This document shows, in pieces, positions 17,807 to 26,606 of a DNA stretch of 64,000 nt; the first letter of the stretch is position 1; each line of letters opens with the position of its first letter. A program made the translations under genes and the position numbers. The notes under the pieces were generated by a model. That model was given only the letters and a program-made list of their open reading frames with translations, made no database searches and was not told the origin of the DNA. This DNA comes from Vicinamibacterales bacterium. GTDB taxonomy: Bacteria; Acidobacteriota; Vicinamibacteria; Vicinamibacterales; UBA2999. The stretch is taken from the NCBI GenBank assembly GCA_035263125.1, contig DATFRP010000197.1, forward strand, positions 17,229-81,228, read 5' to 3'.

Positions 17807-17847
17807 GGCGATCGGATCCGATCGCCAGGCGGGTCTTTAGACCCGCC
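17807..17847. terminator. two adjacent GC-rich hairpins downstream of the 17853..18065 gene
   Basis: A perfect 20-bp palindrome GGCGATCGGATCCGATCGCC lies at 17807..17826. It is followed by GGCGGGTC-ttta-GACCCGCC at 17828..47. Both sit just 3' of the minus-strand stop at 17853 and upstream of the PadR promoter region. Confidence 0.45.
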
Positions 17848-17852
17848 GACGA

Positions 17853-18065
17853 CTAGCCGGGCGTTCCGTCGTCATCCGCGCCGAGGATGTGCTCGCTTCT
17901 GAGGATCTCTTCGGGATCGGCTCGTACGACGTCCTCGGTGATCGCGATGGCGTGCAGCACCTGGCCGTTGTCGGTCAGGCCGCGACTCCCCCACGCATCA
18001 AATTCCGATTCGACAGCGCCCTTTCCGAAATCCTCATCGAAGGAGCGATCGGCACGCCATGGCAT
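17853..18065 (-). CDS. small acidic hypothetical protein (70 aa)
   Basis: This lies within ORF 17853..18233. ATG 18065 is preceded by AAAGGA about 8 nt upstream. The sequence is MPWRADRSFDEDFGKGAVESEFDAWGSRGLTDNGQVLHAIAITEDVVRADPEEILRSEHILGADDDGTPG. It shows strong G/C third-position bias, and hairpins follow the stop. The longer N-terminal extension is Arg-rich and less protein-like. Confidence 0.4.
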   Translation of the reverse strand: MPWRADRSFDEDFGKGAVESEFDAWGSRGLTDNGQVLHAIAITEDVVRADPEEILRSEHILGADDDGTPG

Positions 18066-18292
18066 CGTTTCGGTCCTTTCACGCAGCCGAGCCGACGAGT
18101 GACGATTGAGGAGCGATGCCGCCGAGGATACACCCGCAAACGCTGCTGTCAATCGAAGAAATCGACGAAAAACGCCCGGCTCAGCCGTAGCCCTTCGCCG
18201 ATGCGTGGGAGTGCGCGAGCGAAGCGAGCCCAAGAATGATATTGTCCGCGGGTCACTGCAGCCTTTTTCACGCCATGACAGGGAGATCTGAG

Positions 18293-19192
18293 ATGGAGAG
18301 CACTCGACAGCAGATGCCCGCCGAGGCCATCGAGGCCTACAACCTGTACATCCACGGTGAAATCGACCGCCGCGCGTTCATGGATCGGGTCAACAAGATT
18401 GCGGCCTCCGCCGTGGCCGCCACGGGGATGGTCGAAGCGTTGATGCCCAACTACGCCGCGGCCCAGCAGGTGTCGCCGACCGATGCGCGACTGAAGACCG
18501 AATACGCGACCGTCCCCTCGCCACAGGGCAACGGGAGCATCAAAGGCTATCTGGCCCGCCCGGCCAAAGCCGGCACGAACAAGCTGCCCAGTATTCTGGT
18601 CGTCCACGAGAATCGTGGACTGAATCCGCACATCGAAGACATCGCGCGACGGCTGGCGGTCGAGAACTTCATGGCCTTCGCTCCGGATGGTCTCACCTCT
18701 GTCGGCGGCTATCCAGGCGACGATGACAAGGGTGGGCAGTTGTTCGGGAAGGTCGATCGCACGAAGATGGCCGAGGACCTCTATGCCGCAGCCGTCTGGC
18801 TCAAGTCGCGACCCGACAGCACCGGGAAACTCGGCGTGACCGGCTTCTGCTTCGGCGGTGGGATCGCCAATCAGCTCGCGGTGCGCATGGGAGCCGATCT
18901 CGCAGCCGCGGCTCCCTTCTACGGCGGCGCGCCGCCGGCGGCCGACGTACCGAAGATCAAAGCTGCCGTCCTCGTTCATCACGGCGGCGAGGACACGCGC
19001 CTCGTGATGGCGTGGCCCGAATACGAAGCAGCGCTGAAGGCGGCCGGCGTGAAATACGAGGGCCACATCTATCCTGGCGCCGTCCATGGGTTCAACAACG
19101 ACGCGACACCGCAGCGCTACAACAAAGCCGCGGCTGACGCGGCGTGGAAGCGCACGATCGAGTGGTTCAATCAGTACGTGCGGACAACGTAG
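18293..19192 (+). CDS. dienelactone hydrolase family protein (secreted)
   Basis: ORF 18236..19192. I prefer ATG 18293, with GGGAG 7 nt upstream. Family-typical pattern: VVHENRGLNPHIEDIARRLA, nucleophile elbow GVTGFCFGGG, and a late HGF. The N-terminal region looks like an export signal. Confidence 0.8.
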   Translation: MESTRQQMPAEAIEAYNLYIHGEIDRRAFMDRVNKIAASAVAATGMVEALMPNYAAAQQVSPTDARLKTEYATVPSPQGNGSIKGYLARPAKAGTNKLPSILVVHENRGLNPHIEDIARRLAVENFMAFAPDGLTSVGGYPGDDDKGGQLFGKVDRTKMAEDLYAAAVWLKSRPDSTGKLGVTGFCFGGGIANQLAVRMGADLAAAAPFYGGAPPAADVPKIKAAVLVHHGGEDTRLVMAWPEYEAALKAAGVKYEGHIYPGAVHGFNNDATPQRYNKAAADAAWKRTIEWFNQYVRTT

Positions 19193-19211
19193 CGGGGCGA
19201 TCGGAAAGGAC

Positions 19212-19236
19212 GCCGGGCCTCGAGAACAGGCCCGGC
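19212..19236. terminator. hairpin between convergent genes (REP-like subtype)
   Basis: GCCGGGCC-tcgagaaca-GGCCCGGC (perfect 8-bp stem) followed by CCACAC. It lies between the stops at 19192(+) and 19249(-). Confidence 0.5.
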
Positions 19237-19248
19237 CCACACCGTCGC

Positions 19249-19707
19249 TTACTTCACAGCACAGTCCCCAACGTACATCTCCGGTCGTGACGTAAACCCC
19301 GGCAGGCTGACCTGCGTGTATTCGTGCCGCGTGTGCACGGCCATCAGCCTTCCCTCTTTCGATTCCTTCGCGATCACGGTCGTCGTATAAAGGGGACCGT
19401 CACCCTGCGACTGCATCAGGTGCAGGTAGTCGTTCGAGTAACGAACGACGATGAGCGAGCTGCCACCGAGCTTGCCTTCGAGATCGGCTGTGCCTTCGTC
19501 GACGTTGATGTTCTTGAACGCGACGGTGAGCGTCGCCGGCGTCACATCCGCACTCGCCGTGCCGCTCTTCCAGTTGCCTCGTGCCACGACCGAGAACGCG
19601 CACTCGAGGCTGGTGGCTTTCGCGAGCCGCTGCTGCAGTCCGCTCTGACCTGAAGCGGATCCCGTGAAGACGGCAACAACGAGCACAGTCGCAATGGCCT
19701 CTCGCAC
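19249..19707 (-). CDS. secreted hypothetical protein (152 aa)
   Basis: This lies within ORF 19249..19998. GTG 19707 is preceded by GGAGG 4 nt upstream and gives a signal peptide (VREAIATVLVVAVFTGSASGQS). The longer upstream extension is Arg-rich. Confidence 0.55.
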   Translation of the reverse strand: MREAIATVLVVAVFTGSASGQSGLQQRLAKATSLECAFSVVARGNWKSGTASADVTPATLTVAFKNINVDEGTADLEGKLGGSSLIVVRYSNDYLHLMQSQGDGPLYTTTVIAKESKEGRLMAVHTRHEYTQVSLPGFTSRPEMYVGDCAVK

Positions 19708-19818
19708 AGGTCCTCCGCTTTTCTCCAATCCTGATTCCTGATTCCTGTCTTTAGTCTTTCGTGCGTAGAATACCCCGCGAGTTATCACCCTTGCGGTCAT
19801 TCTCGAGGAGACGCGACC

Positions 19819-20556
19819 ATGGTCAACGTCCATCGCCCGCTGCTCGCCCTGTCGTCGGCCGTGTTCCTCGTCGCGGCCGGCAACGCGTTCGTCAGCGCGC
19901 AGGCACCGAAGACCCCAACCGTCTGGGACGGCGTGTACACAGATGCGCAGGCCGAGCGCGCGACGGCGACGTTCAGTTCGAGTTGTGCTCGATGCCACAC
20001 GCTCGCAGCCGACGGCAGTGGCAACCGGCCACTGACCGGCGACAAATTCTGGGAGGGCTACACACAGAAGACCGTCGGTGACCTGCTCAAGTTCGTCAGC
20101 ACGAACATGCCGAATGGCGCCGCCGCGGGATCGCTCTCCGCGTCGGCCTACAACGATCTCGTCGCGCTCATCCTCAAGTCGAACGGCTTCCCCCCGGGCA
20201 CGACCGAGCTCGCGCCGGAGACGGTCGCCAACGTTCAGATCATTCCCAAAGGTGGTCCAGGCGAACTGCCGGCGAACACCCTGGTGCGGATGGTGGGCTG
20301 TCTCGGGCCCAAGGCCGGAAGCGACTGGACGCTGACCAACGCGACCGATCCGGTGCGCATCGACAAGACGGGTTCCGTCCCGGAAGACGCGACGCGTCCA
20401 CTCGGCACGCGTACGATCGCGCTGAAGTTCGTCTTGACGAAGCTGGACACGTTCGCAGGTCAGCGGATGTCGGTCACCGGCATTCTTCTCGGCGCGGGCG
20501 GCGCGAACGGGCTCAACGTCTCGACGGTGAACCGTGTAGCCGAGGCGTGCCCGTAA
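19819..20556 (+). CDS. secreted c-type cytochrome domain protein
   Basis: 245 aa with a signal peptide (LLALSSAVFLVAAGNAFVSAQA), a single CxxCH motif (CARCH), and a C-terminal domain of unknown function. Confidence 0.7.
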   Translation: MVNVHRPLLALSSAVFLVAAGNAFVSAQAPKTPTVWDGVYTDAQAERATATFSSSCARCHTLAADGSGNRPLTGDKFWEGYTQKTVGDLLKFVSTNMPNGAAAGSLSASAYNDLVALILKSNGFPPGTTELAPETVANVQIIPKGGPGELPANTLVRMVGCLGPKAGSDWTLTNATDPVRIDKTGSVPEDATRPLGTRTIALKFVLTKLDTFAGQRMSVTGILLGAGGANGLNVSTVNRVAEACP

Positions 20557-20807
20557 TCACGGAGCCGGCCTCGCCGTACCCTGGGCGCCATAGTGCTCGT
20601 CCGAAGGCGGTGCCCGAAGGCGGCTCAAATCTCGGGCAAATTCTCAGAAACGCCCGGCTGTGCCGGACGTTTCCGCACGTCCCGGTTATAGGCTTACAGC
20701 ATAGGTACGCTGGCTGCGACATGGGCGTCCCGGGTGTAAAATTGCACAACTCGTACCGGGTTCTTTCGTCGCCGTTCGTTGGCAACTTGTCAAAAGGCGG
20801 GGCCACG

Positions 20808-22568
20808 ATGCACACCGCACGGAATTCCGTACTGTTCCTCGCACTCCTGACCCTGGTTGCTGTTTTCCCTGGAGGACTCGGACGCGCCGCGGGCGACAAC
20901 GCGGTCGTCGACGCCGCGAGACGCCATGACCTCGCCGCAGTTCGCGCGTCGATCGCGAAGCACGAGAACGTCAACGAACCTTCGAGAGACGGATCGACGG
21001 CGCTGCTCTGGGCTGCGTACCACGCCGATGTCGCGATGACACGCGCGCTCATCGCCGCGGGCGCGAAGGTCAACACGCCAAACAAGTACGGTGTCACGCC
21101 GCTGCTGCAGGCGGGCCGCACGGGCGCAGACGAGGTCGTGCAGGCCCTGCTTCGCGCCGGCGCTGATCCTTCGCTGGCGCACTCGGATGGTGAGACACCG
21201 CTGATGGGCGCCGCGCACACCGGGAGTCTCGCCACCGTGCGCCTCCTGCTCGAAGCCGGCGCCGACGTCAACGCCGCGGATACGTTCCAGCAGCAGACCG
21301 CGCTGATGTGGGCGGCCAATGAAGGCCACACCGCGGTGGTGCAGGCGCTGCTCGACGCGAAGGCCGATCCGAATCGCAAGGCGCACGTCACCGGACTCGA
21401 AGAACGCAAGCACGCCGATCACGCAACCGGTGGTTTCACTGCGCTGATGTTCGCTGCGCGCAATGGACACGAAGAGGTCGTCAAGGCGCTCGTCAAGGGC
21501 GGCGCGGATCCAAAGCTGACCAACGGCGATGGCGTGACGGCAACGATGATCGCCATTGTCAACGATGAATTCGATGTCGCGAAGACGCTCGTCGAACTCG
21601 GCGCGGATCCCAATGACGGTTCGCTCTACTTCGCGGTCGACATGCACGATGCGACCACTGACATGCGCGCCAAGGATGGCTCGCGGCTGCGCGCCGATCA
21701 TTCCAACACGCTGACCGCGCTCGATCTCGTGAAGCTGCTGCTCGATCGCGGCGCCGATCCGAACAAGGCGTTTACCGGCACGCTGCACAGCACGACGCTC
21801 TGCTGTCCCGACGAGATCAACGCGTCGCCCTTCTACCGCGCATCGATCGCGGCCGACGTCGAGGCGCTCAAGCTGATGCTCGCGCACGGTGCGCAGGTCG
21901 AGTGGAGCCCGATTGAGGTGAAGAAGGAGGGCAAGGGCGCACGTGGCGGAGGTGGCGGTGGCGGGCGCGGCAACGGCAACGTCGGGAAGACACCGATGAT
22001 GGTCGCGATGACCGGCGGCCGCGGTGCCGCGTTCAGCGCCGGGCCCGGTTTCGATCGCCTTGGTCCGCCGCCTTTCCGGGAAGCGTCCAATCGCGAACCG
22101 CTCGACGCAATCAACGCCTTGCTCGGAGCCGGCGCCAATCCGAATGCCAAGGCCCCCGACGGCTCGTATCTGCTGCATCAGGCCGTGCAGGCGAGGCAGG
22201 TGCCGATCATCAAGGCGCTCGTCGCGGCCGGAGCCAAGCTCGATGTCGTCAACAAAGACAATCTGACCCCGCTGCTGCTGGCGGAGAAACCCGAGCCGCC
22301 GCCACCACCGGGCAACAACACCGACGCGCGCACCTATCGTCCGCATCGCGATTCACGCGAGGACGTGATCGCCGCGCTGCGCGGTCTGATGGGGCTGGGT
22401 CCGAACGATCCCGCGCCAGTGCCTCCACCGCTGCCCGCGTCTGCGAAGAAAGACGACAAGAAGGACGCTGACGACCCGGATGCCGAGCAGCCCAAGGTCG
22501 ACGAGAAGAAGACCGACGAGAAAAAGACTGAGAAGGTCGCAGAAGGTACGGCAGGGGCCACGAAATGA
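20808..22568 (+). CDS. secreted ankyrin-repeat protein
   Basis: ORF 20547..22568. ATG 20808 gives a signal peptide (MHTARNSVLFLALLTLVAVFPGGLG). There are many ankyrin repeats (G.TALLWAA..G...V.ALL.AGADPN pattern). It also has a Gly run (ARGGGGGGGRGNGN) and a K/D/E-rich C-terminal tail. Its stop overlaps the next start (ATGA). Confidence 0.85.
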   Translation: MHTARNSVLFLALLTLVAVFPGGLGRAAGDNAVVDAARRHDLAAVRASIAKHENVNEPSRDGSTALLWAAYHADVAMTRALIAAGAKVNTPNKYGVTPLLQAGRTGADEVVQALLRAGADPSLAHSDGETPLMGAAHTGSLATVRLLLEAGADVNAADTFQQQTALMWAANEGHTAVVQALLDAKADPNRKAHVTGLEERKHADHATGGFTALMFAARNGHEEVVKALVKGGADPKLTNGDGVTATMIAIVNDEFDVAKTLVELGADPNDGSLYFAVDMHDATTDMRAKDGSRLRADHSNTLTALDLVKLLLDRGADPNKAFTGTLHSTTLCCPDEINASPFYRASIAADVEALKLMLAHGAQVEWSPIEVKKEGKGARGGGGGGGRGNGNVGKTPMMVAMTGGRGAAFSAGPGFDRLGPPPFREASNREPLDAINALLGAGANPNAKAPDGSYLLHQAVQARQVPIIKALVAAGAKLDVVNKDNLTPLLLAEKPEPPPPPGNNTDARTYRPHRDSREDVIAALRGLMGLGPNDPAPVPPPLPASAKKDDKKDADDPDAEQPKVDEKKTDEKKTEKVAEGTAGATK

Positions 22569-25156
22569 AGCACGCGTTGGTGGTGAGTGCGGGTCTGATC
22601 TGGATTGGCGCGGCGGTGCTCGTTGCGCAAGCCCCTCGACTGAGCTCGGGGCAAGCCGCCACGGCCGCGCGTCCGCAATCCGCAGCACCGTCAGGTGCGC
22701 CAGCAACGAAATCAGGAACGCCGGCGCAGGTGCCCACGCAGCCGCAACCGGCGTCGCCGGCAGCGGCGGTCCGGCTCAAGCCGGACACGACGACTGCCGC
22801 GGATGCATCGAGATACCAGGCGTGGGTGAAGCAGTACTGCGTGGCCTGTCACAGCAGCCGCGCGGCCAATCCCGCCAACAATCCGGTCAATCTCGAAACC
22901 GCGAGCCTCACCGACCTGCTGCCACACGCCGCCACGTGGGAACGCGTGCTTCGCAAGCTGGCGGTGCGCGCAATGCCGCCGCAAGGCACGCCGCATCCAC
23001 CCGAGGCCGAGTACGCCGCGTTTACCAACTGGCTGTCCGCATCGCTCGATCACGCCTGGGCGGGCAAGGCGACGCCGGGACGGTACGTGGTGCATCGACT
23101 CAATCGTGCGGAATATCGCAATGCGATCCGTGATCTGCTCGCCCTCGACATCGATGTCTCGTCGCTGCTGCCCAACGACGGCGGCGACTTCGGGTTCGAC
23201 AACATCGCCACCGCGTTGACCACGTCGCCGTTGCTGCTCGACGGATACGTCACCGCGGCCCAGCGGATCAGCACGCTCGCGGTCGGCGACGCGAAGGCCA
23301 ACACCACCACCACCGAGTACGGCATCAATCGCGATTTCAGCCAGAACGCCTACATCGAGGGATTGCCCCTCGGCACGCGTGGCGGACGACTGGTGCGCCA
23401 CGTGTTCCCGGCCGACGGTGAATACAAGCTCTTTGGCCGACTGGTACGCGGCATCGAGGAAGGCTACGCCGGTGTCGAAGGGAACGAGTTTCCCTACACC
23501 TTCGTGATCACGCTCGACGGCGACGAGGTGTACTCCGCGCAGCTCGGCGGCCTCAAGGATCACGAGGTCCAGGTCAAGGACATGAACGAGGCGCGCGCCA
23601 TTGTCGACGCGCGCATGACCGCCAAGATCAAGGTCACGGCAGGACCGCACGACCTCGGCTTCACGTTCCGCGATCGACCCTCCAGGCTGCAGGACGTGTG
23701 GCAGCCGTCGCAGCGCGACAGCCAGGAGATTCACTTCATCGGTGGCCTTCCGAAGCTGAAGACCGTCGGCGTCGAGGGGCCGTACAACGCGACCGGCATC
23801 AGCGAGACACCGAGCCGCGATCGCCTCTTCGTGTGTCAGCCCAAGGCGGCCAGCGACGCGACTCCATGTGCGACGAGGATCTTCTCGTCCTTCGCGCAAC
23901 GCGCGTTTCGACGTCCAATCTCGGCGCAGGACATCGAGCCGGCGATGACGTTCTATAACCGCGCGCGCACCGACGGCGGCTCGTTCAACGAAGGCATTCG
24001 CGCCGGCGTGGCGCGCATTCTGGTCAGCCCGTCGTTCCTCTATCGCATGGAGCGTGATCCGGCTGGCGTTGCTCCAGGCGTGGCGCATTCAGTGAGCGAC
24101 GTCGAGCTGGCCTCGCGGCTGTCGTTCTTCCTGTGGAGCAGCATCCCGGACGATCAGCTCCTCGCGGTCGCGAAGGCTGGTGGGCTGCGCGAGCCTGCGG
24201 TGTTGTCGGCCCAGGTGAAACGCATGCTGACCGACAGCCGCTCCGACGCGTTCGTCAGCAACTTCGTCGGACAGTGGCTGCAGCTGCGGAATCTCGAATC
24301 GAAAGTCCGGCCCGACATCCTGCAGTTCCCTGATTTCGATGACAACGTCCGCGAAGCGTTCCGCCGCGAGACCGAGATGCTGTTCGCGTACATCCTGCGC
24401 CAGAACCACAGCATCCTCGAGCTGCTGAACGCCGACTACACGTTCGTCAACGAACGGCTCGCCCGGCACTACGGGATTCCGGGCGTGTACGGCACGCGCT
24501 TCCGTCAGGTGAAGATCACCGATCCGAACCGCCGCGGCCTGCTCGGTCAGGGAAGCATTCTGGCGCTCACATCGGTGGCCACCCGCACGTCGCCGGTGTT
24601 TCGAGGGAAGTACATCCTGACCACGTTCCTCAACACGCCGCCGCCGCCACCGCTGCCCAACGTCCCCGCACTCGAGGACGCCGGCAAGGGAACGGCGAAC
24701 GCACCCAAGACAGTGCGCGCCCAGCTCGATCTGCATCGCGCGAACGCCGTGTGTGCGTCATGCCATCGCGTGATCGATCCGGTCGGATTCGCGCTCGAGA
24801 ACTTCAACCCGGTTGGACAGTGGCGCATCAGCGATGTGGATGGAAAGCCGCTCGACACCGCCGGAGTGTTGGCGGATGGGTCCAAGGTCGACGGGCCGAC
24901 TGCATTGCGCAACGTGATTCTGAGCCGTCCGGACGCGTTCGCCACCACGCTCACGGAGCGCGTGATGACCTATGCGCTCGGCCGCGGTATGGAGCCGTCC
25001 GACATGCCGGTGATTCGCGGCATCGTCAGGAAAGCGGCCGTGAACAAGTATGCATTCGGCGCGATTATCATGGGCATCGTCGAAAGCGCGCCGTTCCAGA
25101 TGCGGACGAGACTCGAACAGGCCGACAGAACGAACAGAGTCGCAGACGCGAGGTAG
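22565..25156 (+). CDS. DUF1592-type multidomain protein with two CxxCH motifs
   Basis: 863 aa with a signal peptide. There is an N-terminal CVACHS and a C-terminal CASCHRVIDPVGFALENFNPVGQWR. Motifs FFLWSSIPD and RLARHYGIPG fit my recollection of the DUF1587/1592/1595/1588/1585 architecture, which normally pairs with DUF1552. Confidence 0.75.
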   Translation: MKHALVVSAGLIWIGAAVLVAQAPRLSSGQAATAARPQSAAPSGAPATKSGTPAQVPTQPQPASPAAAVRLKPDTTTAADASRYQAWVKQYCVACHSSRAANPANNPVNLETASLTDLLPHAATWERVLRKLAVRAMPPQGTPHPPEAEYAAFTNWLSASLDHAWAGKATPGRYVVHRLNRAEYRNAIRDLLALDIDVSSLLPNDGGDFGFDNIATALTTSPLLLDGYVTAAQRISTLAVGDAKANTTTTEYGINRDFSQNAYIEGLPLGTRGGRLVRHVFPADGEYKLFGRLVRGIEEGYAGVEGNEFPYTFVITLDGDEVYSAQLGGLKDHEVQVKDMNEARAIVDARMTAKIKVTAGPHDLGFTFRDRPSRLQDVWQPSQRDSQEIHFIGGLPKLKTVGVEGPYNATGISETPSRDRLFVCQPKAASDATPCATRIFSSFAQRAFRRPISAQDIEPAMTFYNRARTDGGSFNEGIRAGVARILVSPSFLYRMERDPAGVAPGVAHSVSDVELASRLSFFLWSSIPDDQLLAVAKAGGLREPAVLSAQVKRMLTDSRSDAFVSNFVGQWLQLRNLESKVRPDILQFPDFDDNVREAFRRETEMLFAYILRQNHSILELLNADYTFVNERLARHYGIPGVYGTRFRQVKITDPNRRGLLGQGSILALTSVATRTSPVFRGKYILTTFLNTPPPPPLPNVPALEDAGKGTANAPKTVRAQLDLHRANAVCASCHRVIDPVGFALENFNPVGQWRISDVDGKPLDTAGVLADGSKVDGPTALRNVILSRPDAFATTLTERVMTYALGRGMEPSDMPVIRGIVRKAAVNKYAFGAIIMGIVESAPFQMRTRLEQADRTNRVADAR

Positions 25157-25164
25157 AGGACGTA

Positions 25165-25189
25165 CGTAGGGGCCGCCTTCAGGCGGCCC
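25165..25189 (+). repeat. REP-like hairpin
   Basis: CGTAG + GGGCCGCC-ttca-GGCGGCCC. It lies between the DUF1592 stop and the DUF1552 start. Confidence 0.65.
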
Positions 25190-25204
25190 ACACATGGAGA
25201 CGCC

Positions 25205-26539
25205 ATGATCATCACCAAGAAGCACCTGTCCCGCCGGACGTTCCTGCGGGGAACCCTGGGCGCGACGGTCGCACTGCCCTTCCTCGACGCGATGGTGCCG
25301 GCGCTCACCGCACAGGCGCGGACCGCCGCGGGCGCACCATTCCGCTTCGGTGTGATCTACATGCCCTGCGGGGTCTACCCCGACACCTGGCATCCGACCC
25401 AGATCGGCAGCGACTTCGAGTTCAAACCGGTCATGCAGCCGCTCGAGCCGTTCCGGAATCAGCTGGTCACGATCAGCAAGATGAAGGCGCCCTGGGGCGA
25501 GTCGGTCCACGTCGGCGCAAGCTCCGCGTTTCTCAACGGGACCGGCCCGGTGGTCGCGCGCGGCGGCACCGGTGATGCCTTCGGTCAGATCGCGTCGAAG
25601 AAGACGGTCGACCAGTACATCGCCGATAAAGTGGCCGGCGATACCCCGCTCCACTCGATCGAGGTCGGCACCGAAGACATGGGCACGGCGGCCGGCGCCT
25701 GCGACGGCTTCCCCTGCACGATCTTCGACACACTGTCGTGGCGCGAAGACACGCGCCCGCTGCCCGTCTCGATCAATCCGCGCGTCACCTTCGAGCGGAT
25801 GTTCGGCGAGACCGGATCGCCTGAGCACCGGAAAGCGCGTCTCAAGGAGAAGCAGAGCCTGCTCGACTCGGTGACCGACGAGACCGCGAAACTGCAGCAC
25901 TCGCTCGGCTCGCAGGACCGCGCGATCCTCGACGAGTATCTGAGCAACATCCGACAGGTCGAACAGCAGCTCGATCGAATGGAGAAACGCCTCGGCACGC
26001 TGACCGAGAATCCCGAGTCGCCGATCGGCCTCCCGGAAGCGTTCGATGATCACATGACCGTGACCTACGATCTGATGCACCTCGCGCTGCAGGGCGACAT
26101 CAGCCGCGTGTTCACATTCATGATCGGCCACGAGCCGACCGATCGCAGCTACGCGCACATCGGCGTGCCGGAGACGCACCACAGCATCTCGCACCACGGC
26201 AACGACGCCGAGAAGCTCGCCAAGTACGCCAAGATCGGCACGTATCAGATCGTGAAGTTCTCGGAGTTCCTCGAGAAAGTCCGCAACACCAAGGACGGTG
26301 ACGGCAACCTGCTCGATCACTCGCTGTTCTATTGGGGCAGCGGCATGAGCAACGGCAACGCGCACGATCGCAGCAACCCGCCTGCGGTGCTCGTCGGCGG
26401 CGCGCACGGTCGGCTCAAGGGCAATCGTCACCTCGAGGCCAAGGAACAGCCGACGGCGAACCTGCTGCTGGCCCTCGCCCATATCGGCGGCGTCGAAGTC
26501 GAGAAGTTCGGCGCGAGCACAGGACGTATGGAGATCTGA
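25205..26539 (+). CDS. DUF1552-type protein with Tat signal
   Basis: 444 aa with a twin-arginine signal (SRRTFLRGTLGATVALPFL). It is the usual downstream partner of DUF1592-type genes. GGAGA lies 4 nt upstream of the start. Confidence 0.75.
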   Translation: MIITKKHLSRRTFLRGTLGATVALPFLDAMVPALTAQARTAAGAPFRFGVIYMPCGVYPDTWHPTQIGSDFEFKPVMQPLEPFRNQLVTISKMKAPWGESVHVGASSAFLNGTGPVVARGGTGDAFGQIASKKTVDQYIADKVAGDTPLHSIEVGTEDMGTAAGACDGFPCTIFDTLSWREDTRPLPVSINPRVTFERMFGETGSPEHRKARLKEKQSLLDSVTDETAKLQHSLGSQDRAILDEYLSNIRQVEQQLDRMEKRLGTLTENPESPIGLPEAFDDHMTVTYDLMHLALQGDISRVFTFMIGHEPTDRSYAHIGVPETHHSISHHGNDAEKLAKYAKIGTYQIVKFSEFLEKVRNTKDGDGNLLDHSLFYWGSGMSNGNAHDRSNPPAVLVGGAHGRLKGNRHLEAKEQPTANLLLALAHIGGVEVEKFGASTGRMEI

Positions 26540-26563
26540 CGCTCGCCACGAAGTCCGGGAGTA

Positions 26564-26588
26564 CGTAGGGGCCGCCTGAAGGCGGCCC
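26564..26588 (+). repeat. REP-like hairpin
   Basis: CGTAG + GGGCCGCC-tgaa-GGCGGCCC, immediately after the DUF1552 stop. Confidence 0.65.
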
Positions 26589-26606
26589 TTTCGTTTTGAG
26601 ACCACG

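Noticed and set aside
20779-20794. TTGGCAACTTGTCAAA upstream of the ankyrin gene looked like a sigma-54 -24/-12 promoter.
   Set aside because: The GG to GC spacing does not fit TGGCAC-N5-TTGC; there is no GC dinucleotide at the -12 position.
20547-20807. N-terminal extensions given by the ORF track: 20547 for the ankyrin gene. The same applies to 34703, 36616, 27106, 27756, 28727, 44708..46135, 53360, 56474 and 19249..19998.
   Set aside because: The extensions are Arg/Pro-rich or overlap upstream genes. Internal starts with a Shine-Dalgarno-like sequence give canonical signal peptides or match paralogue and orthologue N-termini.
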